Shown: one piece after another, positions 41,331 through 54,000 of the stretch
How the letters are laid out: every line of letters starts with the position of its first letter
How positions within the stretch are numbered: position 1 is the stretch's first letter
From: the human T2T-CHM13v2.0 reference genome, Homo sapiens
Assembly: GCF_009914755.1 (NCBI RefSeq)
Contig: NC_060930.1
DNA: 64,000 nt
Reading direction: 5' to 3' (one strand)
Program-made: the position numbers and the translations under genes
Notes under the pieces: model-generated
The model's input: only the letters and a program-made list of their open reading frames with translations
Told to the model about the DNA's origin: nothing
Databases searched by the model: none

Positions 41331-41946
41331 CATAAATGTGAAAATGTTGCATTCTATATACCTCCTTCGATTTACACTACATTTTAGTATATTAAATGTT
41401 CTGAGATGACCTGCAGTTATATAGGCTTCTCTAGTTTTGCTTAACCCAGTATATCTCAAATGCATTTAACTATGGAACTTTTTCCTCCTAGCATTAATAA
41501 TTCCTATCAGCATCCCCCAATCCAGCATCCTCTGGGACATGCTAGAGTCTACTGGGTGATCTATGGCCAGCCAGGTCTGATTACAAAACTCTTGTGTTGG
41601 AACCCATAGGTGCCTTTCTGAGGGATGCCTGGTTTATCCTCCTCAGAGGGCCTGTGTTGAGCAGCTATGTTTTATTAAACACAGCTGATTCAACTTAAGG
41701 TTTTGGACTCGTAGGAGACTTTTAAAAATCATTGAGTATAATTCACTGATTTTACATTTGAAGGAAATAAGAGTCAGAGAGGGAGATACTCAAGATCACA
41801 CAGATAATAAACTAGACAGGGAACTGCACAAAAATAACTTAGTGCAGAAAATACTCACAGTGGCATTTTGGGGGAACAGGTGAGAAGAACATAAATAAAA
41901 AAATAAATTGGGAAAGTAAAACCAACAGCAAGCAGACTATCTAGAG

Positions 41947-42301
41947 CAGTGCTTTCTAATTGAAATATATTGTGAGCTACAAATGCAAGCCACATGATGT
42001 AATTATAAATTTCTAGTGGCCAAAAACAGTAAAAATAACCAGAAAATTAATTTAAATAATTTATTTAACTCAACATATTCAAATTATTATTTCAATATGT
42101 AATCAACATTAAAAACTATTAATATGATATTTTATGTTCCCTTTTGGACTAAGTAATCAAAATCTACTGTGTATTTCACACTTACAACATATATTAATTG
42201 GAACCAGCCACATTTGAAGTGCTCAGTAGCTAGTTAGTGGCTATAAGACATCAGAGATAGAACACATCCATCATTTCAGAATGTTCTATTGGGCAACATT
42301 G
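41947..42301. mobile_element. MER33/MER3-type hAT-Charlie element
   Basis: cagtgctttctaat..gccacat..agccacatttgaagtgctc..gttctattgggcaacattg; flanked by nTCTAGAn-like 8-mers. Confidence 0.8.
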
Positions 42302-42309
42302 ATTTAGAA

Positions 42310-42534
42310 CAATGGTTCTTAACTGGGGCTGATTTCTTCATCCTAGGAAACATTTGGCAATGTCTGGGGAGATTTTTGGTTGTCACAGTTGAAGGGGAGA
42401 CTGCTACTGGCATCTAGTGGGTAGAAGCCAGGGATGTGGCTAGACATCCTAAGAAGTTGTGATGCATAGGATGGCCTCCACAAGAACAAAAAATTGGCCC
42501 CAAATGTCAATAGTGCTGAGGTTAAGAAATCCTA
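42310..42534 (+). mobile_element. MER20 (hAT-Charlie)
   Basis: acatttggcaatgtctgg..tttttggttgtcaca..tgctactggcatctagtgggtaga..aaatgtcaatagtgctgaggtt. Confidence 0.9.
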
Positions 42535-42648
42535 CTCTAGAGAATTGAGTGAGCTAATGAGAAATTATATTGTATTTTTTGTGAAAGCTCTCTTTCTCTC
42601 ACTCGACAAATATCAGTGAAGTTTCAAATACTGCCAGGTACTACGTTA

Positions 42649-43005
<357 letters not shown>

Positions 43006-46000
43006 TCACCAAATATGGTCACTGAATGCAATAGGTGTTATACTATATAAAGAGCTGAAACGGGGCAAAGGAAAGAGTCATCAACTTTGCTTATGTTTTT
43101 ATCCACTACAGAGTTAACATAAAGTCTTATATAGAGATGAGTAAAAAGGAAAATAAAGGAAAGAAAACAAACAAACAAAATCAAGGCAAAACCAGAGGAA
43201 TCGGAAGGAAAAAAGAAAAGAAAGACAATACACTAATTTGATAGACTGTGCAGGAAATCGAAAGGTAAGGCAGAGTGAGATGGAATCTAAGTAATATGTG
43301 GAGAAAACATAAGAACAGCCAGTGACACTATCCACTGCTGTCCATATTCAAATATTCAAATATTGCCCACTGTTTTCCCTCTCCTTTCTCGGTGGACATT
43401 CCTAAAGGACCGCTCAGAGGCTACCTCCAACAATGAGTGTTCTATTTCTTTTTTCCTTTGAGAGTAAAAAGAGCTGATTTTCTGGAAGTATGTCAAGTTG
43501 CTCTCCACTGGGATTGGAAGGCAGGCTGATTGGAGATACAACGGGGTCAGTGTCTGGACAGCAATCTGTCATGAAGCAAAGCCTGTCACAGACAGCCCTG
43601 GAGATGTAGACAAAGACGCCGGACTATTATTTTCCAGAGAGAGCCTTTAAAGCACCTTGGGGCCGAAGATCTGCACGGCCCTGGGCTTCCACGTTGGACC
43701 ACCTGCCAGGAACTCTGCGTCAGGCTGACCTCTCCCACCCAATGTGAATAACTTCCGAGAGGTAGTCCCCCACATAAGGGCAGGGGCTGCAAGCTGGCGA
43801 AGAAAGAGAAGAGATTTATAGCTCTAGAATATCTCTCCCTTTTGAAAATGAAATGACACATTAGCTGGGGAGAGGGGCTTGGCTGAAAGGGCCTATCCCC
43901 AGGCATGACAAGTTCAACCTTCATTACCCAGTGCAACAGCTTGGGTCGGTCCAGGCCAGTCTGCCGAGGAAAGAAAGGATGGGTGTGTTTAGTAACAGAC
44001 GAGAAGAGGCTCCCTCAAGACTTATTTGATCCATTTTTTAAAAGCCTTATCCCATATGATCTTTTCCCAAAAGATGGTTTTTGCCTGGGGGCCAGCACCA
44101 CCACAGGCCAGAAATCATACCACCATGGAACACTCCCGTTATGGCCTACTCTGCAGTATACTAAAATTGGGAAAAGAACTCTATATACCATTTAAAAATA
44201 TCCTCCCAATAAAGAGAGAACAAGTTTTTGTGTCTTTTGCGGTCTTTTTGATTCTTCCAATCTTGAAGAAATTGCTTAGAATCTTGAAAACCCTGATTAT
44301 TCTTTTAACTACTAAAAAAGATCAGCTATTTAAAAAAAATAGGATAATGATGGCCTCTTTGATGTGGTTCTTGCATGAACATGGTTTACTTCCTGTCAAG
44401 TCATCTCTGCTTTTTGATGACTAGCAGGAAAGTTTCACCATCAGAAAATACAGCATTCTTGGGGGATGATGCCTTCTCTGAAATTTTGAGGGACAAAGAG
44501 GAGTTCTAGGCAGAAAGATGGAGGTTAAATTCCAGAGTTCTACCACGACGTCCGGGTCTGCGGCTGGACCAGGAAAATCCATACACAATGAAAACACAGA
44601 CACGGGAGATTTGCACAGCTTTTAACTTAGGTCAAAAAAACTTGTAATTTATTAAGTAAGAGGGCACTAACACGTGCCATGTCACGCTAGATTTTCTTGA
44701 AAAATAAAAAAAATAACAAAGTTAAACTTTCAGTCAACCTGAAAATATTAGCTTTTTATGGGGGCAGGGCGGAACGAATGGAACAGCAGCGCCTTTTTTT
44801 TTGGATTGCCCATTTTCCAAATCTTCTCAGAGAAACACTGATAGGGGAATCAGGAAGACAGGAAATAGAAATAGGAAAACAAATATTGGAAATGTACTTA
44901 TGAAAGATACGGCACAAGGAGAAAAGATAGGCCTCTGTTACTGGTGACCAAGGTATACAGTAGGACATAGTGATTGATAAATGTTTTTCTGAGATTGAAA
45001 TTTGCAATGTTTTAATTGAAGGAGAAAAGTGCAAATGAATGAGAAGCATATGGTATGTTGTATGCAAAGCAGACTGAAGCAATATTTTATCATTTTAACT
45101 CTGCAATGGCAAATACTTTTCAGGAAGTATACATCACATAGTTTTGGGAAAAAAGAGGTTCTAATTATAGGAAATTTCGCTCTTTAAACCGTAAAATAAC
45201 ATTTTGAAGAAAAAAGAAAAGAAATCCTTGCCCACAAGCATGATAAGATCCAGGATCCAGTAGACAAGATTCTTTGTGTTGGCCAAAATTTTATCCAAAA
45301 GGGTACGTAAGACGTTGCGAAAGATTTATTTATTTATTTTAGCATTATAAAATTACTTTATTATTTAGAATACTTGTCATATACAGCACATAATTTCTCA
45401 AAGGCGTTCCAAAAAAATCTGAATCCTATGTAATGTTAAAAAAGGTATGCAAATGAAATTGTTACATTCTATATTCTATTTTTGAAGTGTCACTATGCAT
45501 TAAATACCTGATAAAGATTTAAATACCTTAATAAAGATCTAGATCAATGTGACAATAAAGAACTGCATTGATCAACTATGGCTGTATTTGATCCAGCATT
45601 TCCTAGATATATTTGATTATGTGAATCTGTGTTTTTTTTTCCACCCATTGTGAGAGGTTTAAGAATGAGTTTCATACCTGGATGTAATTACTCATTGCTT
45701 AGTACATGCTTTTGATTGAAATGTTTTCCTTTCTTTTACTAAATAAAAACGGCATCATAAAATTTTAAACGTTCCTTATCTGGTCTTAAATTGTTCTGAC
45801 TTCTTCCTTTTTATTGACCAGGATTTTGTCAGAATAGGAAAGTCCTTTCTCCTCTGTGCATCTCCTTTCTGACCTTCAGCCAACAATCATTATGCTTTTT
45901 TAAAAAATTGATTTTTAAATGATGATGATAATAAAAACAAGGCCGAAGAAGATGATAGGATATTTAATGTCTTGTTTCCTGAGGTCGGTGGATGCTGGTT

Positions 46001-48559
46001 TAAATCTGAAACAAACTCTAAACGTCTATCATTCATTCCTTCAATCACAATTTCCAATGTTCTATCTGGTCTCAGAACAGGAAAACAGGTCTCAAAAAAT
46101 GTCAGTTCTACTGATGTCCTGGGTTTTATATTGAGACATAAGGGGTGGGGAAATGCGGGACCCACTAATAATCCTACATTTTTACCCACATGAGGGTCCA
46201 GGGATTGTTTACTGTACTTAGCCTCGAACCTCTTCTCTCCCATGGTCTAGGCAGGAATGCGGAGGGAGTGCTGACCCCAGCGTCACACAAAGAGCCTTGG
46301 ACAATAAAGAAGGTCGCCTCTTTCTATACAGACCTGCCTTTGTGCTCCGTGTGGGGCTTGATCTTTGCGGCCCAGAGCTCAGTAGATGCCAGGGAGATAG
46401 ATGTGATGTGCTCGCCTCATCCCGGGCAGCAGCTGAGCAACTTTCACACAGGCAGGCAGGTACAGCCAGCCTAGTTAACAGATGAGAACCCCTGGGGAGA
46501 CCTTGACTATGGAGGATGAAAAATCAAAAGAAACCATATTGGGCACAGATACAAAGGGAGTCCCCCGCTCCTTTCTCTCCTCCCTTGTTCGCTTTCTGTC
46601 CTTCCTTAGGAAACAGCAATGAATGTGGAAAGCTGGCTTCCCCCTGGAAGCGTTGTTCCTTGGAGGGCAGGGCCTCCAGATGCTGTTCTGTGCAAATGGT
46701 TCCTCCCTTTCCCGCCTGGGGGACAACAAGCTGTTCTTTACCCCATCTGCAAGTCCATTTTCTGTCTTTTCTGGATGGGAAAGGCAAATGAAGGGATAAA
46801 AAAATGTTCCAGAGAACGATTTCCTCTGCCTCACTCTGGGTGAGCGGAAGTGCCCTGGGGTTGCTGTCCCTGCCCACATCAGGATATCACTGTCCTGGGT
46901 TTTGGAAGCAAGGCTCAGAAGTGAGTGCATAAAGTACCAATGAAAAGTTTTCAAAACACTAGATGTTTTCCGCAAATGTGAAAGTAGGTGGTGAAGGCAT
47001 TTGAAAGGACTTAGGCCCCAAAATTATGTAACTACTTTTAATGTAATGCAACAAAATTGTGTATTTCACTGTTAAAGATGGCCCACCTCCCCTTTTCCTA
47101 TTTGCTTTAAAAATACTGCAATACGGTTTACAGTGATTTTTTTGTTTGTTTTTTTATATTACCTTTTTGTGAGGTAAAATCAATTTTGTACAGCCTAGTC
47201 ATATGACAAATATATAAATAAATAACAAAGAATGATAGCCCATTACCAGGATTCTAAGATAAGTAGTAACTGTGTGAACTCTTTTGGTGAGGTCAAACCA
47301 TGGCTAAAATCTGTGTCAGTGAGAGTTCCTGGAATTTCCGTGTTGAGCATCTCAGTGCTCCTGATGCCTTCAGCCCACATTGATGTAAAAGAAAATTAGA
47401 ACTAAAGCTCAGATAATATTAGTAAATTTGATATATGCCAGAATGTGTAAGAAGTATTTTTATAGTATTACCTGGCAATCATATATATTGCCTTATTACA
47501 CACAAGTCTAACTAATATTCTGATGAAGCAGGACCCATGGGTATTATATTTTTAAATGTAGGATGATCATACAAGTTTCGGATACTTCTGGTGGTATTAT
47601 TAGTCTGTCATTTTATGCAGATGTTTCTTAAGAGTAGTCAATAACTTACCATTTAGAAATAAATTAATTCTTTAAAGGGAATCAATGCTTCCTTGTTCTA
47701 AAGTGAAAACACAAATAACACTCTCACTATGGATTGGCCTATATGCCCATCCACATGTATATATGATCCTGAAACTTACACAGCAGTACAGTGGTTTTGT
47801 GGGGATTTTTTTTTCCTTCTTAGAGAACAAACAACTCTAGTTAACAAAAGAGCATTTAAGATAGTGGTAAATAAATCTCAATTCAGCTCCTGAATGCAAT
47901 TAAGTAATAGCGGATGAATTTAGAAATACAAAGCATGGGATACATGTACTCCCTCCCACGTTCATGACAGGCATCATAATTAATCCTGACATTTTGTAGC
48001 TGGCTACAACTCAGAATCCATCTCAATAATACTCCAAGGGATCACCACTATGTAATCAAGCTGCCGTATAGGATGACCTTCTATTTGCCACCCTTGGACT
48101 GGTTTCTTAATCTACTTGTGCCTTAGTTTCTTTATTAGAGAAATGATCACAAAGATTAGAGTCCTGTATGGAGACAGGATTGTGAATTTCTGGAATAGAT
48201 TATCTAGGGATGATGATATATATCTTTTTTTGGAAAGTAAAAATAAAACATAATATCAATAGAGAAGAGTTTCAGTTAAGTCCATCTAAAAATAAGTTAA
48301 ATTGCACATAATATCTGAGGACCTATCCATTTTTAGAATTCCATCATGGCTGCCTCGCCTCCTCAAGAAACTATTACTCCTAATATCATTGGTAATTAAA
48401 ATGTATAATAAGTCAGAGATTTAATACAAGTGGAGTTTCATAGGCAAAGAATACTTCTCTAAATACATTGATTTCATGAAGACAAGGTAAAGATATTATT
48501 GAGTCTCTTATTCAATGTTTTTCCTAAATAGCATATTCCTCTATAAGTCAAAATATGAC

Positions 48560-48925
48560 TACTGGGATATCTAACACCTGGAATACTCTTCCTTTCTCCT
48601 CTCAGGTTTGCTCTTGTCTTATTTCAAGTCTTTGCTGAAGTCTCAGCTCCTCAAAGACGCTTCTGTATTGCCTGATTTGAAGTAAATTGTCAACATTCCT
48701 GTGATTTTATCTCACAGCATCCCGTTCTTTCTCTTTACAACATTTACCACAAAAACTCCTATCTATCTATCTGTCTGCCTATCTATCTATCATCTATGTA
48801 TCTTTCTTTCTTTCTATCCCTCTCATCTATTTCAGCTATCTCAACTTGTTTAGTAAGTTGTTTTTTCCAAAAGGGTAGGGACTATATTTTTGTTCACCAC
48901 CTAAGGCCTTAACATATTCTAGAAG
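48560..48925 (+). mobile_element. L2 3' fragment with (TCTA)n-like tract at ~48758-48830
   Basis: cctggaatactcttcc...gggtagggactatatttttgttcaccac. Confidence 0.6.
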
Positions 48926-49020
48926 CCTTGGCTGTACACTAGACTCGCCTATGAAACTTTTTAGAAATCTCAATGCACAGACCAAACCCCCCAAAAATTA
49001 TTAATACATCAGAGAGGATG

Positions 49021-49422
49021 TGTATTAGTCTACTCATGCTGCCAGAACAAAATACCACAGACTGGGTTGCTTAAACACCAAAATGTATCTTCTCATAGTT
49101 CTGGAAGCTAGAAATCCAGGATCGAATGTACCATCAGGGCTGGTTTCTGGTGAGGCCTATCTCCTTGGCTTGTAGACAGCCATCATCTCACTGTGTCCTT
49201 ACACAGCCTCTTCTCTGTGCACTCACACAGACAGCAATAGAGAACAAGCTCTGGTGGTTCTCTTTTTATAAGGACACAAGTCTTATTGGATCAAGGCCCC
49301 ACTCTTATGACTTCATTTAAATGTATTATCTCCTTAAGACCCTATCTCCAAATACAGGCACCTTGAGGGTTAGGGCTTCAACATAGGAATTTGGGGAAAG
49401 GGAAACAATTCCATCTATAACA
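49021..49422 (-). mobile_element. MLT1A-like solo LTR
   Basis: TG...CA termini; aacaaaataccacagactggg; perfect 5-bp TSD ggatg. Confidence 0.9.
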
Positions 49423-49472
49423 GGATGAAACCAGGCATCTCTGTGTTTTAAAGCTCTGTTCCAATGGCCAAC

Positions 49473-49919
49473 CGTCTTAGTCCATTTTGTATTGCTATTA
49501 ACAGAAGACCTAAGGCAGGGTAATTGAGAAAGAAAAGAGGTTTATTTGACTCACAATTCTGGTGGCTAAAAAATCCAAGATTGTGCAGCTGCATCTGGTG
49601 AGGGCTTCATGCTGCTTCCACTCACAGCAGAGGGCAGAGGGCTGGGGGAGCAGGTGTGTGCAAAGGCAGAGGAAGCAAGAGAGGGAAACTGAGGAAGCCA
49701 GATTCTTTCAAACAACCTACTCTCTTGAGAACGATTTCATTCCTGGAGTGAGGGAGCCAAAACTCATTGACTCCAGCAGGAAAGCATTAACATATTCATG
49801 AAGGATCCTCCCCTATGACCCAAACACCTCTCACTAGGCTCCATCTCCCAATACTGCCACACTGGAAATTCAGTTTCAGCTAAGTTTTGGCAGGGACAAC
49901 CCACATCCAAACTGTAGCA
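49473..49919 (-). mobile_element. MSTB-like solo LTR
   Basis: gtcttagtccattttgtattgctat...atgacccaaacacctc...catccaaactgtagca; TSD ccaac/ccagc. Confidence 0.88.
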
Positions 49920-50559
49920 CCAGCTAAAACTGAAAAACCACTATCATGTAGGGAGAAACATCAATATCAATTTTCACTGCAAACCTTAGCTTTTTTCATG
50001 TAACCTTGTTAGTAGCAGCACTGTAAGTTATGACATCCACAGAAAAAAATATGATGTAATCCAGCACCATCAAAAAGGAATGGGGAGGATGGAGATGGAC
50101 ACACTGACTGTGCAGAACGACGCTATTGCTGTGGTGCCACATTCACAGGCCTATGAACGGACTGAATTCAGAAACAAAACACAAAACACTCTCCTTTTCA
50201 ATAAGCCTAGCAGTTTGCAGTGATGAGTACAAAAGCTGGGAAAAGGTTTTATGCTCATTCACAATTGGGGCTAAGCTGGTGGAATCATATCTCTCCTAAA
50301 TGTGGCTAGAGGCAATTAAAAACAAGAGGAAGATTTAAAGCTTGATGCCTCCTAGATGTTAATTGGAAGGGAGAGAGGGAGTCCATGCAAATACAGCCAC
50401 CTGCCTGGAAGACATGTATTTAGAGAAAGGATTTATGCAAAGCATCTGATTGTCTTTTGCTGTGGATACCCACCGAGTCTCCGAAGCAAGAAACTGGTGA
50501 GCTTTGGGTGGGCAGCCCAGAGTTTGGGCACAGTACATTGTGTAGGAAGCAACTGTTTG

Positions 50560-50760
50560 GGGTGGAAGCCACAGATCTGGAGTCAGAAGAGACCAATTTG
50601 AGACACTGCTGTGCCATTTACCCTCTTTGTAACCACAGGGCAAGTTACCCAGCCTCTGAGTCTCTGTCTCCTCAATTTTGTAACTAATAACATATGCCTA
50701 AAAGGATTGTCGTGAGGGTCATTTGTAAAGCCCAGGATAAAGCCTGGTCAGTATTATTAC
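50560..50760 (+). mobile_element. MIR
   Basis: tggagtcaga..gggcaagttac..cctctgagtctctgt. Confidence 0.65.
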
Positions 50761-51284
50761 CATGTGCTTTACAGCAGTAATCACTCTGAAACTCCAATTT
50801 TCCTTTCACACAATGAGGGTCAGACCCACCTGAATTAGCTAATTTATGGGACTATTATGTTAACGGAGATGTACTGTTTTTGGAAAAACCTTTAGAGACA
50901 CTAGATCTTGTCAAATTATTCAATAAAGATCCTTTGTGATTGGATCAAAATCATCAACTAAGCACAAGCTCCAGACACCCTTTCCTTCCTTAAACCCTAA
51001 AAATAACAGATTTAAGAATTTTTTTTAACAAATCTGAGAAACAAGAAGTGATGTCCGAGGTGGATCAGAAATTCTGTAGAGTCCCTGAAATAATTGGAAA
51101 TTTTAAAATTAAATTGGACTTAAGGAGAAAAGCGAAGGCTGAAATACACATAGGAAGGCATCTGTCTGTAATGTAGGAGCAGCCTTGGAGGTGTTCCAAG
51201 TTTGGACCCAGCAGATATGGGGAGCAGACTGGGGCCCTTGCATGGCTGGCTGTGGAACACAGTGTAAGCAGCCAGGCAAACCAG

Positions 51285-51642
51285 TGTTAAAAGAAAAGAA
51301 ACCTTAGACAAATCAAATTTAACACAGTTCAATTAAGCAAAGAATGATTTGTGAATCAGGCATAGCCAGGAACCAGAACAGGTTCAGGAGGCTCCAGCAC
51401 AGCCACATGGACAGAAAAAGGGAAATGAGGTACAGAAAATGGAAGTGAGAAACAGAAACAGCTAGATTGGCTGTAGTGTGGAGCTTGACTTTTTTGAACC
51501 CAGTTTGAACAGTTGGCTGACTTTGGCCAAAACATGATGATTGTTTTGAAAGCTTACAGTCTGTTTACACATCTGATTAGGTTACAGTTCACTATGTACA
51601 GAGAAACCAAAAAGGCACTCTTAGGCTGGACTGAATTTAACA
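51285..51642 (-). mobile_element. 3' LTR (MER57 family)
   Basis: cagtttgaacagttgg, ttaggttacagttcactatgt; the minus-strand PPT aaaaggtgagaat lies at 51643-51655. Confidence 0.88.
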
Positions 51643-52199
51643 ATTCTCACCTTTTGGTCATCCTCTCAATTTTGGGAGATAGACCAAAACTTTAGGCATT
51701 GATATCACTCTGTCACCATGATAAATGTACTTATTTTGTCTCAAATCCCACTGGGAAATAGCAGAACAGTAGGTTTTGTGAGGTGGAAATAAGGACTTTG
51801 GTTTACTGTTTTTTAGAGGGCAAGAGTAGAGGGGAACTCCTTGTGTTGGAATATCCTGTTTATAGGAGAAAACAAAACCTGGTTTGTTTTAGGATTTATC
51901 TCTTTCCCTAAAGTTTTAGTTTGATTATGTTACATTTAGCATGAGTGACTCCATTTTGGTTTGGTCTGGTCTGTCGGGGCCTAGTACACATGCTCAGTCC
52001 AAAACAATGACCTTCCAAAATTTTGTTTAAAAAGCGCCCCCTTTTGGTCAGGTTCTCATTTAGGCAACTGTGTGATCAAAACTTAGGGCCTTAGCACCAC
52101 TCTCATTTACCATCATTTTGGGTTTCTAGTCTTAGCATGTCATTTATAGGTTATGATGTCCTCGTGGTCACACAAGTCCTTGAGTTTTTGTCACTCCAG

Positions 52200-52790
52200 T
52201 CAATGAAAGACTATTTGACATTCTAGAGACGGCTGCATGCAAACATTTAAAACATTTGAGAGAATACAGTGTACCAGGGAAACTACCATTATGTTTATCA
52301 GAAGGGCGATGCCAGGAGTTTGGAGTCTGCTCCTTAGCCAGGATCCCCGTGAACCAAACCAACTAAAATCAAATAGATCAAAGAATGAGCTAGATAAAGA
52401 GTCTACTTGTTTTAAACAAACCTCTTGTTCTGTTTATTAATTTTTTACAACTGAATCTCTGTGATACTCAATGTATTCCTTTATGTGCAACTAGAAGTAT
52501 CAGGAACTGCACAGATACTTCTCTGTTTAGCCAGTAAATAATTTAGAACAAGTCTATTATTTAGCAAAACTTTCACAAAAGAATTTAAAGTCTGTTGTGT
52601 AATCATAGCCTTTGCAGTAGAATTTGCTATAGAGCCTATTATGAGGGATATATTTCTAACCATTGCTTCATTTATTCCAAACCATGGAAAAAGCAACCTA
52701 ACAAATGATGCCCATCTAGAATACTGAAGGTCTCCTGCCAATGTTCCCTTTAACCTATGCTGGCAATGTTCTCTTTAACCTATGATGTAA
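52200..52790 (-). pseudogene. env: ERV env TM subunit remnant
   Basis: Furin site RLKR; fusion peptide FVRLLFPWFGI; heptad; ISD-like LNNRLVLNYLLAKQ; decayed CX6CC (CAVPDTSSC); membrane-proximal and TM segment SWFGSRGSWLRS...IALLINIMVVSLVHCILS (52415-52200); stops and frameshifts. Confidence 0.88.
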
Positions 52791-53149
52791 GTTAAAAAGA
52801 GTGGGCCAATATTCTGTTTCTGATCAACTATGAAGCAACAAATGTACAACTAAAATTTTTCACCTAAAGTGGCCTTTCTTCCTCCATCAAGGCGTAAGTT
52901 TGTTCATGTATAAGGTTAGCTGAGAAATCCTCCACGAATAAAAGTATACCTCATGAATGCACACAAAAGACCCCTTTTCAGTTCATTGTTCATAGAGGCA
53001 TAAGCAAGGAGAACAATGAGAGATAAGAGTCTTATGATAGCAGAAAAATTTTGATCTGTGATCTTGGAGAAAAGCTGTCCATGTCTGGATGCCACCTGTT
53101 TCTGGGGAGAAACTTCCCTGGCTAGCTTTATCTTAAGGTCTCCAAAGTG

Positions 53150-54000
53150 TGTACAGTTTCAAGAGTTTGGAGTGGCCCTTCTGAGTGAGATTATGAACTC
53201 AATGTTCCAGGCCCCAAAGTTTTCCTGCAGTGTGAGTGGCAAGGGCAGTGTTTGATGTTCTCAGAAGACCCAGTCTCCAGGTTCTAGACTGTGAAAGGGT
53301 TGATTGTATGGACAGTCAGTGGAGCATGAAAAGCTTTCTTTACCTGAAGAAAATACACTTTGGCATAACGCATTAAAACCTCGCAGCATTTAGTCATATC
53401 AGAGTCCAGTAGCAGAAGATACATGAGGTTCTATTATTAGGTGCATAGCTCTTCCAGTGATCATTTAGGGCCAAACGTATGTCTTCCACTGGAAATGGAT
53501 CTGATTGTCATCAGTCGGCAATACCTTTCTCCAAGGCAACCCAGTCAATTCAGCTAGTTTTGCCTAATGCTATTGTATCTGTAATACTTTATTTAACTAT
53601 TTTATGATTTGTCCACTGTCACAAATACCTTTATTACTGGAGATTTCTCTAAGAATGTCCCATGAGAAACACCTTTTCAAAAAACTTTTAGCTACTTTTA
53701 TAACATCAACCATCTTGTATGAGAAAGCTTTTATACAATCAGAAAACATGCATTGAAAATGACAATTGAATGAAAACTCTCTATAAATGTTTAAATGGCA
53801 CATCAGGTAGCAGAAATGTAACTCAAGTTGTGAGTGTCTTCCCAGGATTGTAGGTTTTACAAACCAAATATTGGTCATGAACCATTTTAGCAATTTATAG
53901 CAGTCAACATATATTTACTTTGAATTATTTTATTTCTTCCGTGATGAGTCACAGAGTGCAGAGCTTTCACTAGTGGAAGGTATAAGGACTCAGGAAGGGC
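53150..54000 (-). pseudogene. pol: ERV pol integrase remnant
   Basis: HHCC-like LHSVTHHG...LVCKTYNPG; core-like FSDCIKAF..VAKS..EISSNKG..GQIIK (ORF 53597-53893); C-terminal LEPGDWVF and THTAGKL; multiple frameshifts. Confidence 0.8.

Larger units (their letters stand above)
48930..49943. mobile_element. MER5A-like element split into three pieces by two MaLR LTRs
   Basis: ggctgtacactaga..; ccaggcatct..tttttaaagctc; ..ctgaaaaaccact. Confidence 0.55.

Noticed and set aside
46475-46975. Longest ORF (166 aa, minus strand)
   Set aside because: No recognisable domain; overlapped by similar ORFs in other frames and strands; explained by local GC content
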